Source of the DNA: a virus
Lineage: Duplodnaviria > Caudoviricetes
Strand: one strand, 5' to 3'
DNA length: 64,000 bases
IMG/VR virus record: IMGVR_UViG_3300033121_001410
Span: 6,679-70,678 of that record
Made by a program: the position numbers and the translations under genes. A model generated the notes under the pieces. It was not told where the DNA came from. It ran no database searches and saw nothing but the letters and a program-made list of their open reading frames with translations. Shown here one piece after another: positions 47,161 through 56,953 of the stretch (its first letter is position 1; each line of letters begins with the position of its first letter).

Positions 47161-48813
47161 ATGTCTTTTATTAAGAATACAATTGGTAATCGAGGTTTAA
47201 TATCTGAACTTGTTGACAGCAATCCAGAACATGCATTATTTGTTGAAGGGACTGTTGTTAATAGCAACACTGTCCCAAGCTTATCAACCTATAACAAAAT
47301 ATATGTATCACCTACTGGAAATGATACTACGGGTGATGGAAGTTTTAGTAATCCATTTGCAACCCCAGGAAAAGCAGTAGATAAAATATATTCATATCAA
47401 TTGCCTGTTCAACCAAATGGCGCATTTGGTTTTGTAGTGTATATGATGTCTGGCTCTTATTCTACGTGGGCCAATCCTCAATATATGACAACCACTTTTA
47501 CACCAATTGTAAATGGTTATGGTTCTGGATATTCTAATTCAACTGGATCTATTGTGTTTACACCTTATTTTACAACAGGAAATCTTGGGACTGTGAACGA
47601 TGAAAGATTCACAACAATTAGGGGTCCACTAACCCCTGTCGCCGTATCTACCACAGGATCAAGACCAACATATATTTTTGCAACTGGGTCTTTTTCTTCT
47701 ACAGACCAAGATCTCGGTAAAGTAGTCAGAGTATTTAATAATGGAAATGAAGTTTATCGCGGCCTTGTTGCTTTCCAAAAGGTAAATGAAGGCGGAAGAG
47801 ATAAACTTACAATAGCATGTTCAGAGGGAGATGCGTATTTAAACTTCACAAATATTACAGCAAGTATAAATGATAGGATTTATATAACAACTCCATCAGT
47901 TAGAATAAATGATAGTGTTAATATTTCAAATCTTGGAACAAGTGTTCTTTTTACTGGTATTTCATTTTATAAATTATCCCACTATGGAACAAATGGAGAT
48001 ATAGGAACAACTAATTTTTTTGGCTGTTATTTTGGAGATGGTGTTATAGAACAACCATTTGTAAACATTTCTGGGCACGTTGCATTTGGAGATTGGGCAT
48101 TTTATAATTATTCATATTATGAATCAATATATCCAGGATATGGATATAGTGCTTATGCTTTGCCAGACTCAACTGGGCTTTCTATACAAGAGCAAACTTT
48201 GTGGAATGGATGGAACAGTGCATTTATTGGCCCTCCTGGTTATGGTGCTGGGAATACGCGAGGTGCTGGGGTTTTTGGTGGCAATGCAAAATTAAAATAT
48301 TTTGTTGCTAATGGTGATTTCTATGCATTTCAAAATGAAGGAAATAATTTAGAACTTATTTTATATTCTCCAATGATTCGTGGTGGACTAGTTGCAACAC
48401 ATACTTCACTTTTGTTTAGTAGTAATTACCCAACATCTTTGCCAGCCATCTTTACTAACAGAACAATTAACCTTAATACATCAGAAGTTGGAGCAGATAT
48501 TCCAATCATGCTGGAATTAGAAACCGTCTCTAATACACCTGTTATTCTTAATAATGTAAATTACAGAAATGATTATAATGCTTTGATTTTTAAAGCATTA
48601 AATGCAACTAGTGCTTCTAATATAAATCCATTAATTCAAGTTTCAAACACACCATTTTTGAGAATTAATGCCACCTCTTGTACGGCTCATGGTAGTGGAA
48701 GTACATCAGATATCAAAGTAGGCACATTAAACGTAGCATCATTTACAACACTAAACTCCAGTGGTTCAAATGGAATTGTTGACAGTGCAACATTAACAAG
48801 AGTAGGTATATAA
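47161..48813 (+). CDS. Virion appendage / beta-helix-like protein
   Basis: IYVSPTGND.TGDGS.SNPFAT..KA motif typical of pectate-lyase-like beta-helix N-termini; T/S/G/N-rich. Confidence 0.6.
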   Translation: MSFIKNTIGNRGLISELVDSNPEHALFVEGTVVNSNTVPSLSTYNKIYVSPTGNDTTGDGSFSNPFATPGKAVDKIYSYQLPVQPNGAFGFVVYMMSGSYSTWANPQYMTTTFTPIVNGYGSGYSNSTGSIVFTPYFTTGNLGTVNDERFTTIRGPLTPVAVSTTGSRPTYIFATGSFSSTDQDLGKVVRVFNNGNEVYRGLVAFQKVNEGGRDKLTIACSEGDAYLNFTNITASINDRIYITTPSVRINDSVNISNLGTSVLFTGISFYKLSHYGTNGDIGTTNFFGCYFGDGVIEQPFVNISGHVAFGDWAFYNYSYYESIYPGYGYSAYALPDSTGLSIQEQTLWNGWNSAFIGPPGYGAGNTRGAGVFGGNAKLKYFVANGDFYAFQNEGNNLELILYSPMIRGGLVATHTSLLFSSNYPTSLPAIFTNRTINLNTSEVGADIPIMLELETVSNTPVILNNVNYRNDYNALIFKALNATSASNINPLIQVSNTPFLRINATSCTAHGSGSTSDIKVGTLNVASFTTLNSSGSNGIVDSATLTRVGI

Positions 48814-48815
48814 TC

Positions 48816-49016
48816 ATGACAAGACAAGAGTTTTTTTTAAATCTTTTTAATTCTATTTTAGCATCCAAAGATAAAAATATTCGCAATTTTTATCCACCAC
48901 ATAAAATGAATGATGAAATATCGTCTCTTAATCGCATGATCAATTTACGTGTTGAACAAGGCGAAGTAGAAGAAGATATTTATAAAGAAATATTAGCAAA
49001 ATATAGTCTTAGTTAA
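48816..49016 (+). CDS. Hypothetical protein
   Basis: 66 aa, 2 nt after upstream stop. Confidence 0.55.
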   Translation: MTRQEFFLNLFNSILASKDKNIRNFYPPHKMNDEISSLNRMINLRVEQGEVEEDIYKEILAKYSLS

Positions 49017-49057
49017 TATTGGCTCATATATTTATTATAAATAATATGATGTAATAT

Positions 49058-49738
49058 ATGAGCAGATTATTTATAACAAGTCGTGAAATACAAATGATCA
49101 ACGATATCACAAAAGAGTTTGTGAAGGATATTGTTGGTCAATTTGTAATTTATTATCCTGTGTCTACACTAAAGACCCGCATTCATCCAGTGTACGACGA
49201 AGCAGTTAAGAAAATATTTGAAAATCCAATCAAATTAAATGTTCTTGTAAATCAACCGGAAGTTACAAATGCATATAATGTATTCGCAATGGAACAAATA
49301 ACGAAACTTGAGTTCTATGTTCAAGCAAGAGATTTAATTGACAAAGGATTTACTGTCAACGAAGGTGATTATTTCGTATATGGTACACAAGTCTATGAAG
49401 TACAAAACGTCACATTTTTAAACAATATTTTCGGACAAGTTGAATATGAAGTAGGATATAAGGTATTAGGTAAACCAGCACGTATTGGCGAGTTTAATCC
49501 AGAAATGTTTCTTAGTCCGACACATGACAGCAATGATTCTTATCTTGAAAAAAATGTTCAAAGAGAGTTCGTGCAACAAAGAGGACTTGGTGAAACAAAC
49601 GAAGGTGCAACAGGCGATGTTCGTGAAATGTATCAGCGTCTTAAAGAAGACAAGCCAGATATTGCATTGGGTGAAGGACCACGAGAAATTGTTGTGGATG
49701 AAGAAAGTAAGTCATCCAAGTTTTATTCAGATGATTGA
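49058..49738 (+). CDS. Head closure / neck protein (T4 gp14-like)
   Basis: E..KDIVGQ.VIYY, VYDEA, EGDYF, YEVQNV; position between gp13- and gp15-like genes. Confidence 0.7.
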   Translation: MSRLFITSREIQMINDITKEFVKDIVGQFVIYYPVSTLKTRIHPVYDEAVKKIFENPIKLNVLVNQPEVTNAYNVFAMEQITKLEFYVQARDLIDKGFTVNEGDYFVYGTQVYEVQNVTFLNNIFGQVEYEVGYKVLGKPARIGEFNPEMFLSPTHDSNDSYLEKNVQREFVQQRGLGETNEGATGDVREMYQRLKEDKPDIALGEGPREIVVDEESKSSKFYSDD

Positions 49739-49743
49739 TTAAT

Positions 49744-50400
49744 ATGTTAAAAGAATATATCAAATTAATAATTGAACGAGAAAATATTGTAGGTTTTGAT
49801 TTTAATCAATTCAAACAATTAAAAACGTTGCCTGAACAATATGCTTATGCTAAAGATAATTTGAACATTGTAAGTGATGAAGGACAAGGAAGAACAGTAT
49901 TTGATCTTGGGGATAAAGTATTAAAGGTTGCAAAAATATCAAATATAAAGTTTGCCAATGGCGTTTTGCAAAATAAGCATGAATTATCTAAATATAAAAA
50001 ATTAAAAGAAATCGATTTTGTTCCAACAATTTATGATTATGACCAAACAGGAAATTGGATTTTGTCAGAAAAAGTTAGTGGGTTTGATTTAAATGATTAC
50101 GAACGATTGCATCAGTATACTGATTTATATTGGGACGAAATGGAATTAGTGTTTTCTGATTTACTTCAACCTCGTGGTCCGTATACGATTGATCAAATGC
50201 AATATCCAGAAAAGTATCCAGAATTAGAAGATGAAATACTTGATGAAACAGATTTTGGCAACGACTGGAGAAACAATCCTAACATTCAAAAAATATTTAG
50301 CGCAATAAAAATGGGCGTGGGGCAAGAAGAAGTTTTGGTAGTTCCACATTATGGCACAACAGTAGATAATAAATTAGTATTATTAGATTATGGAATATGA
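49744..50400 (+). CDS. Minimal protein-kinase-like protein K4 (possible pseudokinase)
   Basis: DEGQGRTVF, VLKVA, QNKHE, WILSEKV, EEVLVVPHYG (no clear Asp), LLDYG. Confidence 0.72.
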   Translation: MLKEYIKLIIERENIVGFDFNQFKQLKTLPEQYAYAKDNLNIVSDEGQGRTVFDLGDKVLKVAKISNIKFANGVLQNKHELSKYKKLKEIDFVPTIYDYDQTGNWILSEKVSGFDLNDYERLHQYTDLYWDEMELVFSDLLQPRGPYTIDQMQYPEKYPELEDEILDETDFGNDWRNNPNIQKIFSAIKMGVGQEEVLVVPHYGTTVDNKLVLLDYGI

Positions 50401-51158
50401 GAATGAAACTTTTAAAGGAATATATAGAAAATATTGTTAAATCTTATCTTGCTGAGTATAAGAGTGGATTTAATATAAATTACTTTAAATCTATTAAAGA
50501 TGCCAAAGAGATGTTAAAATACGCTGGGGATATGTTGCAAACACTAGGGGTCGGAAGTGGCCGTGCCGCTTTTTTATTGCCAAATACAAACAAGGTTTTA
50601 AAAATTGCTTTAAGGCCGGCAGGAATAGCCCAAAACGAACAAGAGGCATCTGTGTTTACAAATCCACAAACACAAGAAGTTGTAACAAAAATATATGATT
50701 TTGATCCAGAATATAAATGGTTAATATCTGAGACAGCCAGAGAGTTTGTTACAAAAGAAGAGTTTGATAATAAGGTTGGTATAGACTTTGATGCCTTTGT
50801 AGGCGCGATACAATTAGGAATAAATTGGCAAGAAGACATTTCAGACTTCGTTGAAGAAATGTATGACGATAAAACTCCAGGCGAAAGACAAAAAAAGATC
50901 AATGATCTTTTAAATAACAAAGATTTTGTAAATAAAGCTATTGCCATGAAATCTGCAACAAAAACTTCAATTGGAGACATGAGCAGAGTAGAACATTGGG
51001 GATATACATCTGATGGTCGAATTGTACTGTTGGATTATGGCGCTTCTCTTGAAATTGTTAATAAGTTTTATCCAAAAAACAAAGATTTTAATTTGAAAAG
51101 TTTTGATGATCCAACTGTTGATACGCAAATGCAAACAGTTAAGCAGGGCAAAAAATAA
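50397..51158 (+). CDS. Minimal protein-kinase-like protein K5
   Basis: GVGSGRAAF, VLKIA, QNEQE, GDMSRVEHWG, LLDYG. Confidence 0.8.
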   Translation: MRMKLLKEYIENIVKSYLAEYKSGFNINYFKSIKDAKEMLKYAGDMLQTLGVGSGRAAFLLPNTNKVLKIALRPAGIAQNEQEASVFTNPQTQEVVTKIYDFDPEYKWLISETAREFVTKEEFDNKVGIDFDAFVGAIQLGINWQEDISDFVEEMYDDKTPGERQKKINDLLNNKDFVNKAIAMKSATKTSIGDMSRVEHWGYTSDGRIVLLDYGASLEIVNKFYPKNKDFNLKSFDDPTVDTQMQTVKQGKK

Positions 51159-51159
51159 A

Positions 51160-51780
51160 ATGAGTTTGATAATAAAAGAATATATTGATTTAATTGTTGA
51201 AAAGATTTATTCTGTAGACAAAAAAAATCAATTTAAATTAAATGATTTAAAATCTTTAAATAATCTACGTGATATACAAGATTATACCAGAAATAAATTA
51301 AAAAAACTAGGCGAGGGAACTGCAAGAGAAGTATATTTGTTGAACACAGGTAAGGTGTTGAAAATTGCATTAGATAGATATGACACTGAACAAAATGAAG
51401 GCGAAGTGTTTGCCTCTGCAAGATTCGGAGATTTAGTTCCAAGTGTATATGAATGGGATCCCAATTATAATTGGATCATTACAGAATTAGTTAAGCCATT
51501 AGAAAATAATCCAGAAAGTGAAAATATTTTTAAATTAAAATCTGGATTGTCTTTTAATGATTATGATGATTTTATAAAATATCATTCATTTGGAACATCA
51601 AATAAAAAAGAAGAATTAAAAAAATCACGTTTGATGAAAAATGGTTTTATAAAAAAATTAATTGATGCTGATTCGCAAGGATTGGATATATTGGATTCAA
51701 CTAAGCTTTTTCAGTGGGGCATAGATAGCGAAGGAAGATTAAAGTATTTAGACCCAGGATTATCATACTTTGGAGAATGA
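51160..51780 (+). CDS. Minimal protein-kinase-like protein K6
   Basis: GEGTAREVY, VLKIA, QNEGE, LDSTKLFQWG, YLDPG. Confidence 0.75.
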   Translation: MSLIIKEYIDLIVEKIYSVDKKNQFKLNDLKSLNNLRDIQDYTRNKLKKLGEGTAREVYLLNTGKVLKIALDRYDTEQNEGEVFASARFGDLVPSVYEWDPNYNWIITELVKPLENNPESENIFKLKSGLSFNDYDDFIKYHSFGTSNKKEELKKSRLMKNGFIKKLIDADSQGLDILDSTKLFQWGIDSEGRLKYLDPGLSYFGE

Positions 51781-51781
51781 A

Positions 51782-52501
51782 ATGAAGTTAAAAGAGTTTA
51801 TATTATTAGAAACAAAAAAACAACTTATTGAGTCGTTGTTTAAAAATGTAGATTTAAATTATTTAAAATCATCTGACGATCCTGATGAAATGATTGAGTA
51901 TTTAAAATATGAAGCTGGACTTCCATATTATGGCAAAGGATCATCTAGAGTTGTTTTCGGCGTTTCACCTGAAAAGGTCATAAAGGTTGCACACGATCTT
52001 GATAAAGATATCGCTGCTGGGATTGAACAAAATGCAGCCGAGGTAGATGTGTTTACAAATCCTGCTACAAAAAATATTGTAGCAAAGGTTTTTGATTATC
52101 ATCCAGATTTTCTTTGGATTATTTCTGAACGTATTGAACAGTTTCAAGACCCGGTTCAGTATACAAATGAAACTGGGCTTAGTTCTTCTTTTGTTATTCA
52201 ATTTTTAATGCAAATTAAATTATATGGAGAACAAAATGGGTTTGAAAAACTTAAAGAAGAATATGAAAGCGTAAAAGGAAGCACAAGATTGAGAGATAAA
52301 AACTTTGTTAAAAACTTTGAATCTGCTTTTTATGGAAATGGAAAAGAGTTTTTCAACAAATTAAAAGATGTCATGTTGAAAAATGATCTTATGCCAAAAG
52401 ATTTCGGGTATGAACATTTTGGAAAAACAGCAGATGGAGATGTTGTTTTGTTAGATTATGGGTTTACTGGCGCTGTACAAAGTAATTTTTACGGATCTTA
52501 A
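51782..52501 (+). CDS. Minimal protein-kinase-like protein K7
   Basis: GKGSSRVVF, VIKVA, QNAAE, KDFGYEHFG, LLDYG. Confidence 0.8.
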   Translation: MKLKEFILLETKKQLIESLFKNVDLNYLKSSDDPDEMIEYLKYEAGLPYYGKGSSRVVFGVSPEKVIKVAHDLDKDIAAGIEQNAAEVDVFTNPATKNIVAKVFDYHPDFLWIISERIEQFQDPVQYTNETGLSSSFVIQFLMQIKLYGEQNGFEKLKEEYESVKGSTRLRDKNFVKNFESAFYGNGKEFFNKLKDVMLKNDLMPKDFGYEHFGKTADGDVVLLDYGFTGAVQSNFYGS

Positions 52502-52540
52502 AAATATAAATAATAATTTAATTTTGATATATTTATCAAC

Positions 52541-53767
52541 ATGATTAAAGAGCCAAATATAATACGACAAAACATTCCTGCTGGTTCTGATGACGATTTA
52601 GGTCATTTACCATCTGGTTATGGTAATGATGGGGGAACAGAAAGTACAACTTTTTATATTCCTCCATGTGGTATTGAAGATTGTGATGTGGCAATTTATA
52701 GACTCTTTAATGAAACAATAAAATGGTCAAATCGTTCTCTAGCGACATCTGAGGGTGCTGTTGATATTAAAAAACCTCAAGTCATATTTGCCACTGGAGA
52801 AAAGTTTGCGATTGCTAAAAAATTAAGACCGCCAAGAGATAAAAACCAAGTATTAATTTTGCCAGCTATATCTGTTAGAAGAGTTTCAATTGAACAACAA
52901 TCTGATGATATAAATGGTCGAGGCATGAATCAATTTACTGGTGATATTGTCATTAAAAGAAGACTAGCACCAGAAGATACAAATTATCAAAATCTCATAA
53001 ACAAATATGCGTTTAAAAATCTTGATAGAAGTATGTCTTCGAACAGAAAACAAGGAGAAGATGCATATTCTTCTGCTAAAACCGAAGGTGCTTTATTAGA
53101 TCCAGAGTTGGGGAACAATATATTTGAGATTTTTACAATACCTCAACCACAATTTTTCACAGCAAATTATGAAATAATTTTCTGGACATCTTTTACTCAA
53201 CATATGAATTATATGGTTGAAACACTTATGTCATCTTATTTGCCCCAAAGAGGGTTTAGACTTGGAACTGATAAAGGTTATTGGTTTATGGCCCAAGTTG
53301 ACGACAGCATGAAAAGTGCAGATAATTTTGAAGATTTCACGGAAGAAAAAAGAATAATTCGTTATAATTTTAATATATCAGTTAAAGGATATCTTTTGGC
53401 TCCTAACGGTCCTGCAAATATGGTTCCAATTAGAAGATATTTGTCTGCACCAACTGTAATATTTGAAACCTATGAAGCAGGTACTGGCGATATAATAAGG
53501 ACAAGAGACAAAGACGTTCCACCATTATCCTCTGATACAGATAATAGATTTATTTTGTCTGATATTGAACAAGATGAGAATACAAAAATTGAACCTACAT
53601 CTCAACAGAAGTTTTTAGTCAAAAAAGAATACATAAATCCTATTACTGGCAAAAAAACAATTAAATACGTTAAAATATTACAAAGTAATCAAAAAAAAGG
53701 TGAAACATCTTATTATGCATCGGATATTAAAACGTTAGAAGATTTTATGAGTGAAGGAAACAAATAA
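52541..53767 (+). CDS. Tail terminator / sheath stabiliser (T4 gp15-like)
   Basis: LILPAISVRR; PQPQFFTANYEIIFWT...HMNYMVE; immediately before sheath. Confidence 0.75.
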   Translation: MIKEPNIIRQNIPAGSDDDLGHLPSGYGNDGGTESTTFYIPPCGIEDCDVAIYRLFNETIKWSNRSLATSEGAVDIKKPQVIFATGEKFAIAKKLRPPRDKNQVLILPAISVRRVSIEQQSDDINGRGMNQFTGDIVIKRRLAPEDTNYQNLINKYAFKNLDRSMSSNRKQGEDAYSSAKTEGALLDPELGNNIFEIFTIPQPQFFTANYEIIFWTSFTQHMNYMVETLMSSYLPQRGFRLGTDKGYWFMAQVDDSMKSADNFEDFTEEKRIIRYNFNISVKGYLLAPNGPANMVPIRRYLSAPTVIFETYEAGTGDIIRTRDKDVPPLSSDTDNRFILSDIEQDENTKIEPTSQQKFLVKKEYINPITGKKTIKYVKILQSNQKKGETSYYASDIKTLEDFMSEGNK

Positions 53768-53905
53768 TTTTTGTTTGTAAAAAATTATTCTTATAAAATA
53801 GGCAAAATCTTTATGTTGTCACTAAATAATTGAAAAACTCGATGAAAACGCCTTTTTATATCCATATTTACCAAAGAACAGGTATTTATACAAGAGGATT
53901 AAAAG

Positions 53906-56900
53906 ATGGCTGAACAAATATTTAAAGCGCCAGGTTTTTTCGAAAGAGAAATTGATTTAACTGCTCAAACACAAACACCAACAGGTATTCCAGGTGGTGT
54001 CATTGGAACTTCTCAAAAGGGTCCGGCGTTTGTCCCAGTGACAGTAGGCTCATTTCAAGATTATATAACTAAGTTTGGTGATTTAGACCCAAACATGCCA
54101 GCAACATATGCTGTAAATGCATTTTTGAAAAACAGATTTGCCCTAACCTTCATTCGTACATTAGGCGCTGGTTCTAACACCACTGCGGCTCAAATTGATG
54201 CGACAAGAACCAAAGGAACAGTTTACAATGCTGGTTTTCAATTAAGCGGAGCCTTGGTCTCTAACACTGGCGATTTAAGACATAATCAAACAGTTCAATT
54301 TTTGACAGCACGACATGTCGTAAGCAATAATGAAGCTTATGGTATGCCAATGTTCTCTAACAACTCTTCTTATTTTACCACAGGCTCAGCAACCGATGCA
54401 AATCTTGTTCGTGGTGTATTTTTCACAACAAACGATACAAGAATAATGATTGCAAGCTACAATCAAACATATTCAGAAGGCGTACCTGATCTTGCAACAC
54501 CAGACACAAGTGGCAAGTTTAAAATTATCATTTCATCTTCTGCTGGTGCAAGCTATGCAACTACTGATGGATTTGCAGGTATTCGCATTGTAACAGCCTC
54601 ATTGAATCCTTCAAGCACAGATTACTTTGTAAAGGTCTTGAACACAGACCCAACAAAGTTCTCCTCCGAAAAACATCTTGTTTACTTAAACTTTGCAATT
54701 GATGATGAAGTGGCAACTGTTTCAACAGGTTCAAACGCAGTATGTATTGCATCAGGTTCGGTAAATACATCAGCTATATCTGGCGACACATCACTTCCAT
54801 TTAGAAACGCATTCGGTCGTTATGATGCCAGATATACAAGTCCAAAAACACCAAAGATCATTTCACAACCATATGGTCTTACAGAATATGATTTGTTCCA
54901 CTTTGAACCAATCAGCGATGGTGCCTGGGCTAACTCAAATATCAAAGTTTCCATTGCAAACGTAAAAGCTTCAACTGATCCAAAGAATCTTTATGGAACA
55001 TTTGCGGTCGTTGTGAGAAACTTCGCAGATGACGATTTAAATCCAGAAATCTTAGAACAATTTAATGATTGTACATTAAATCCTGATAGCGACAAATATA
55101 TTGCCAAAGTAATTGGCGACAAGAAAGTTTATTTCAACTTCGATGTCGAAAATGAAGAAGATAGAAGATTGGTTACAACAGGCAAATATCCAAATGCTTC
55201 AAAATATATTCGCGTTGTTATGGACAGTGCCGTTGAACAAAAATCAATACCAGCAAATTGCTTACCATTCGGTTTCAGAGGCGTTGAAACAATTAAAACA
55301 AATGCTCTCTTGACAGATGCAACCGCTTCGGTTGGTCTTGTTAGACTTGGCGCATCTGGCGCTCTAGGATCAACTGAGAATCGCCTTTTGAATGCCATTG
55401 TTCCTCCGCTACCATTTAGATTCAAAGTCACCCGAGGGCCTATTACAGCTTCGGCGGGACCAATCGGTATGGCAGGACCAACTGAAGTGGCAGATTCAAG
55501 ATATTATTGGGGCGTAAAGCTTACAAGAAATAATACTGATGTTTTGAATACAAACGTAAACCAAGAATTGAATCCAATTGTTGAATCATATACAAAGTTT
55601 GCAGGTATTAGCAAATTAGACGTTCTTGTTACTGGTTCAGCAGCAGATTCATTCAACAATAACAAGTTCTCCTTGGCGAGAGTTGCTTTGGCAAATGGAG
55701 CCTTGGCAGATGTCACAGCTTCAGTTTCACAACACATGAAATCAACTGCTTATATTCGTGATGGAGTACCAAACCCAAGCGATTATACAATAAATGATGG
55801 TGTCATGACAAGAATTACACTTGCTACAATCTTACAAAAAGATACAGCAACAAACTTCAATCGTTTTACTGAATATAATAAGTTCACAACCATCTTCTAC
55901 GGAGGATGGGATGGTACAAATATTCTTGACAAAGAAGCATCATATATGAGCGACAAAGCTTCTTCAAATGAAGTTGGAGGCGGCTCGAATGCATCATTTA
56001 CATCACCAGGATTTGCAACAAATCAAAACGGAACAGGAATCACAAACAATACGGTATCTAGCTACAGATATGCAGTAAATCTTATAACCGATCCATTTGT
56101 TTCAAATGTTAATTTGGTATGTATCCCAGGACAAAGAGAACCATTTGTTACAGATTATACACTAGACAAGGTTAAAGATTATTCAATGGCAGAATATATC
56201 ATGGATATTCCTGCTTATGATTCAACACAAACCAGAATCTATGATGGCGACAAGACACGATATGTTTCTGTTGCAAAAACAGCAGATGCATTTGAAAGCA
56301 GAACAATTGATAATGAATATGGTGCAGCATACTTCCCAAATATAGTTGTAGATGATACAACAAATAATAAGAGAGTAACCGTACCAGCTTCTGTAGCAGC
56401 GTTGGCGGCTCTTGGATACAATGATAAAGTTGCATATCCATGGTTTGCTCCTGCCGGATTCAACAGAGCTTCATTAGATTTCGTGAAACTTACACAAGCT
56501 AAGATCAAGCAACCAGAAAGAGAAAGGTTGTATTCTTGCAGAATCAATCCAATTGTTAAGTTGCCAGGCGAAAACTACGTGATATTCTCACAACAAACAT
56601 TAGAACAAGCTGGTACCGCAATCCAAAGCTTGAATGTTCAAAGAATGATTATCACAATCAAACAACAAATTACTCAAGCAGGAAATGGAATTATTTGGGA
56701 ACAATTAACTCCTGACCTTCGTGAACGTTGGGTTAATATTGTTAAGACAATATTGTCAACAGTACAAGTTAAAGATGGTATTGAACGCTATGACGTAATT
56801 TGCGATGACAGAAACAATACTGACTTAGATATTCAAAACAACAGAATGAATTGCTCAATCAGAGTTGTTCCAGTTAGAGCCGTTGAGTTTATTTCAATCG

Positions 56901-56941
56901 ACTTCATCATCACAAACAGCGGCATTCAATTTATTAGCTGA
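53906..56941 (+). CDS. Tail sheath protein 1 (T4 gp18-like)
   Basis: FKAPGFFEREID, GPAFVPV, AAYFP, VPASV, PWFAPAGFNR, INPI, LNVQR. Confidence 0.93.
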   Translation: MAEQIFKAPGFFEREIDLTAQTQTPTGIPGGVIGTSQKGPAFVPVTVGSFQDYITKFGDLDPNMPATYAVNAFLKNRFALTFIRTLGAGSNTTAAQIDATRTKGTVYNAGFQLSGALVSNTGDLRHNQTVQFLTARHVVSNNEAYGMPMFSNNSSYFTTGSATDANLVRGVFFTTNDTRIMIASYNQTYSEGVPDLATPDTSGKFKIIISSSAGASYATTDGFAGIRIVTASLNPSSTDYFVKVLNTDPTKFSSEKHLVYLNFAIDDEVATVSTGSNAVCIASGSVNTSAISGDTSLPFRNAFGRYDARYTSPKTPKIISQPYGLTEYDLFHFEPISDGAWANSNIKVSIANVKASTDPKNLYGTFAVVVRNFADDDLNPEILEQFNDCTLNPDSDKYIAKVIGDKKVYFNFDVENEEDRRLVTTGKYPNASKYIRVVMDSAVEQKSIPANCLPFGFRGVETIKTNALLTDATASVGLVRLGASGALGSTENRLLNAIVPPLPFRFKVTRGPITASAGPIGMAGPTEVADSRYYWGVKLTRNNTDVLNTNVNQELNPIVESYTKFAGISKLDVLVTGSAADSFNNNKFSLARVALANGALADVTASVSQHMKSTAYIRDGVPNPSDYTINDGVMTRITLATILQKDTATNFNRFTEYNKFTTIFYGGWDGTNILDKEASYMSDKASSNEVGGGSNASFTSPGFATNQNGTGITNNTVSSYRYAVNLITDPFVSNVNLVCIPGQREPFVTDYTLDKVKDYSMAEYIMDIPAYDSTQTRIYDGDKTRYVSVAKTADAFESRTIDNEYGAAYFPNIVVDDTTNNKRVTVPASVAALAALGYNDKVAYPWFAPAGFNRASLDFVKLTQAKIKQPERERLYSCRINPIVKLPGENYVIFSQQTLEQAGTAIQSLNVQRMIITIKQQITQAGNGIIWEQLTPDLRERWVNIVKTILSTVQVKDGIERYDVICDDRNNTDLDIQNNRMNCSIRVVPVRAVEFISIDFIITNSGIQFIS

Positions 56942-56953
56942 TAGGATTAAAAA

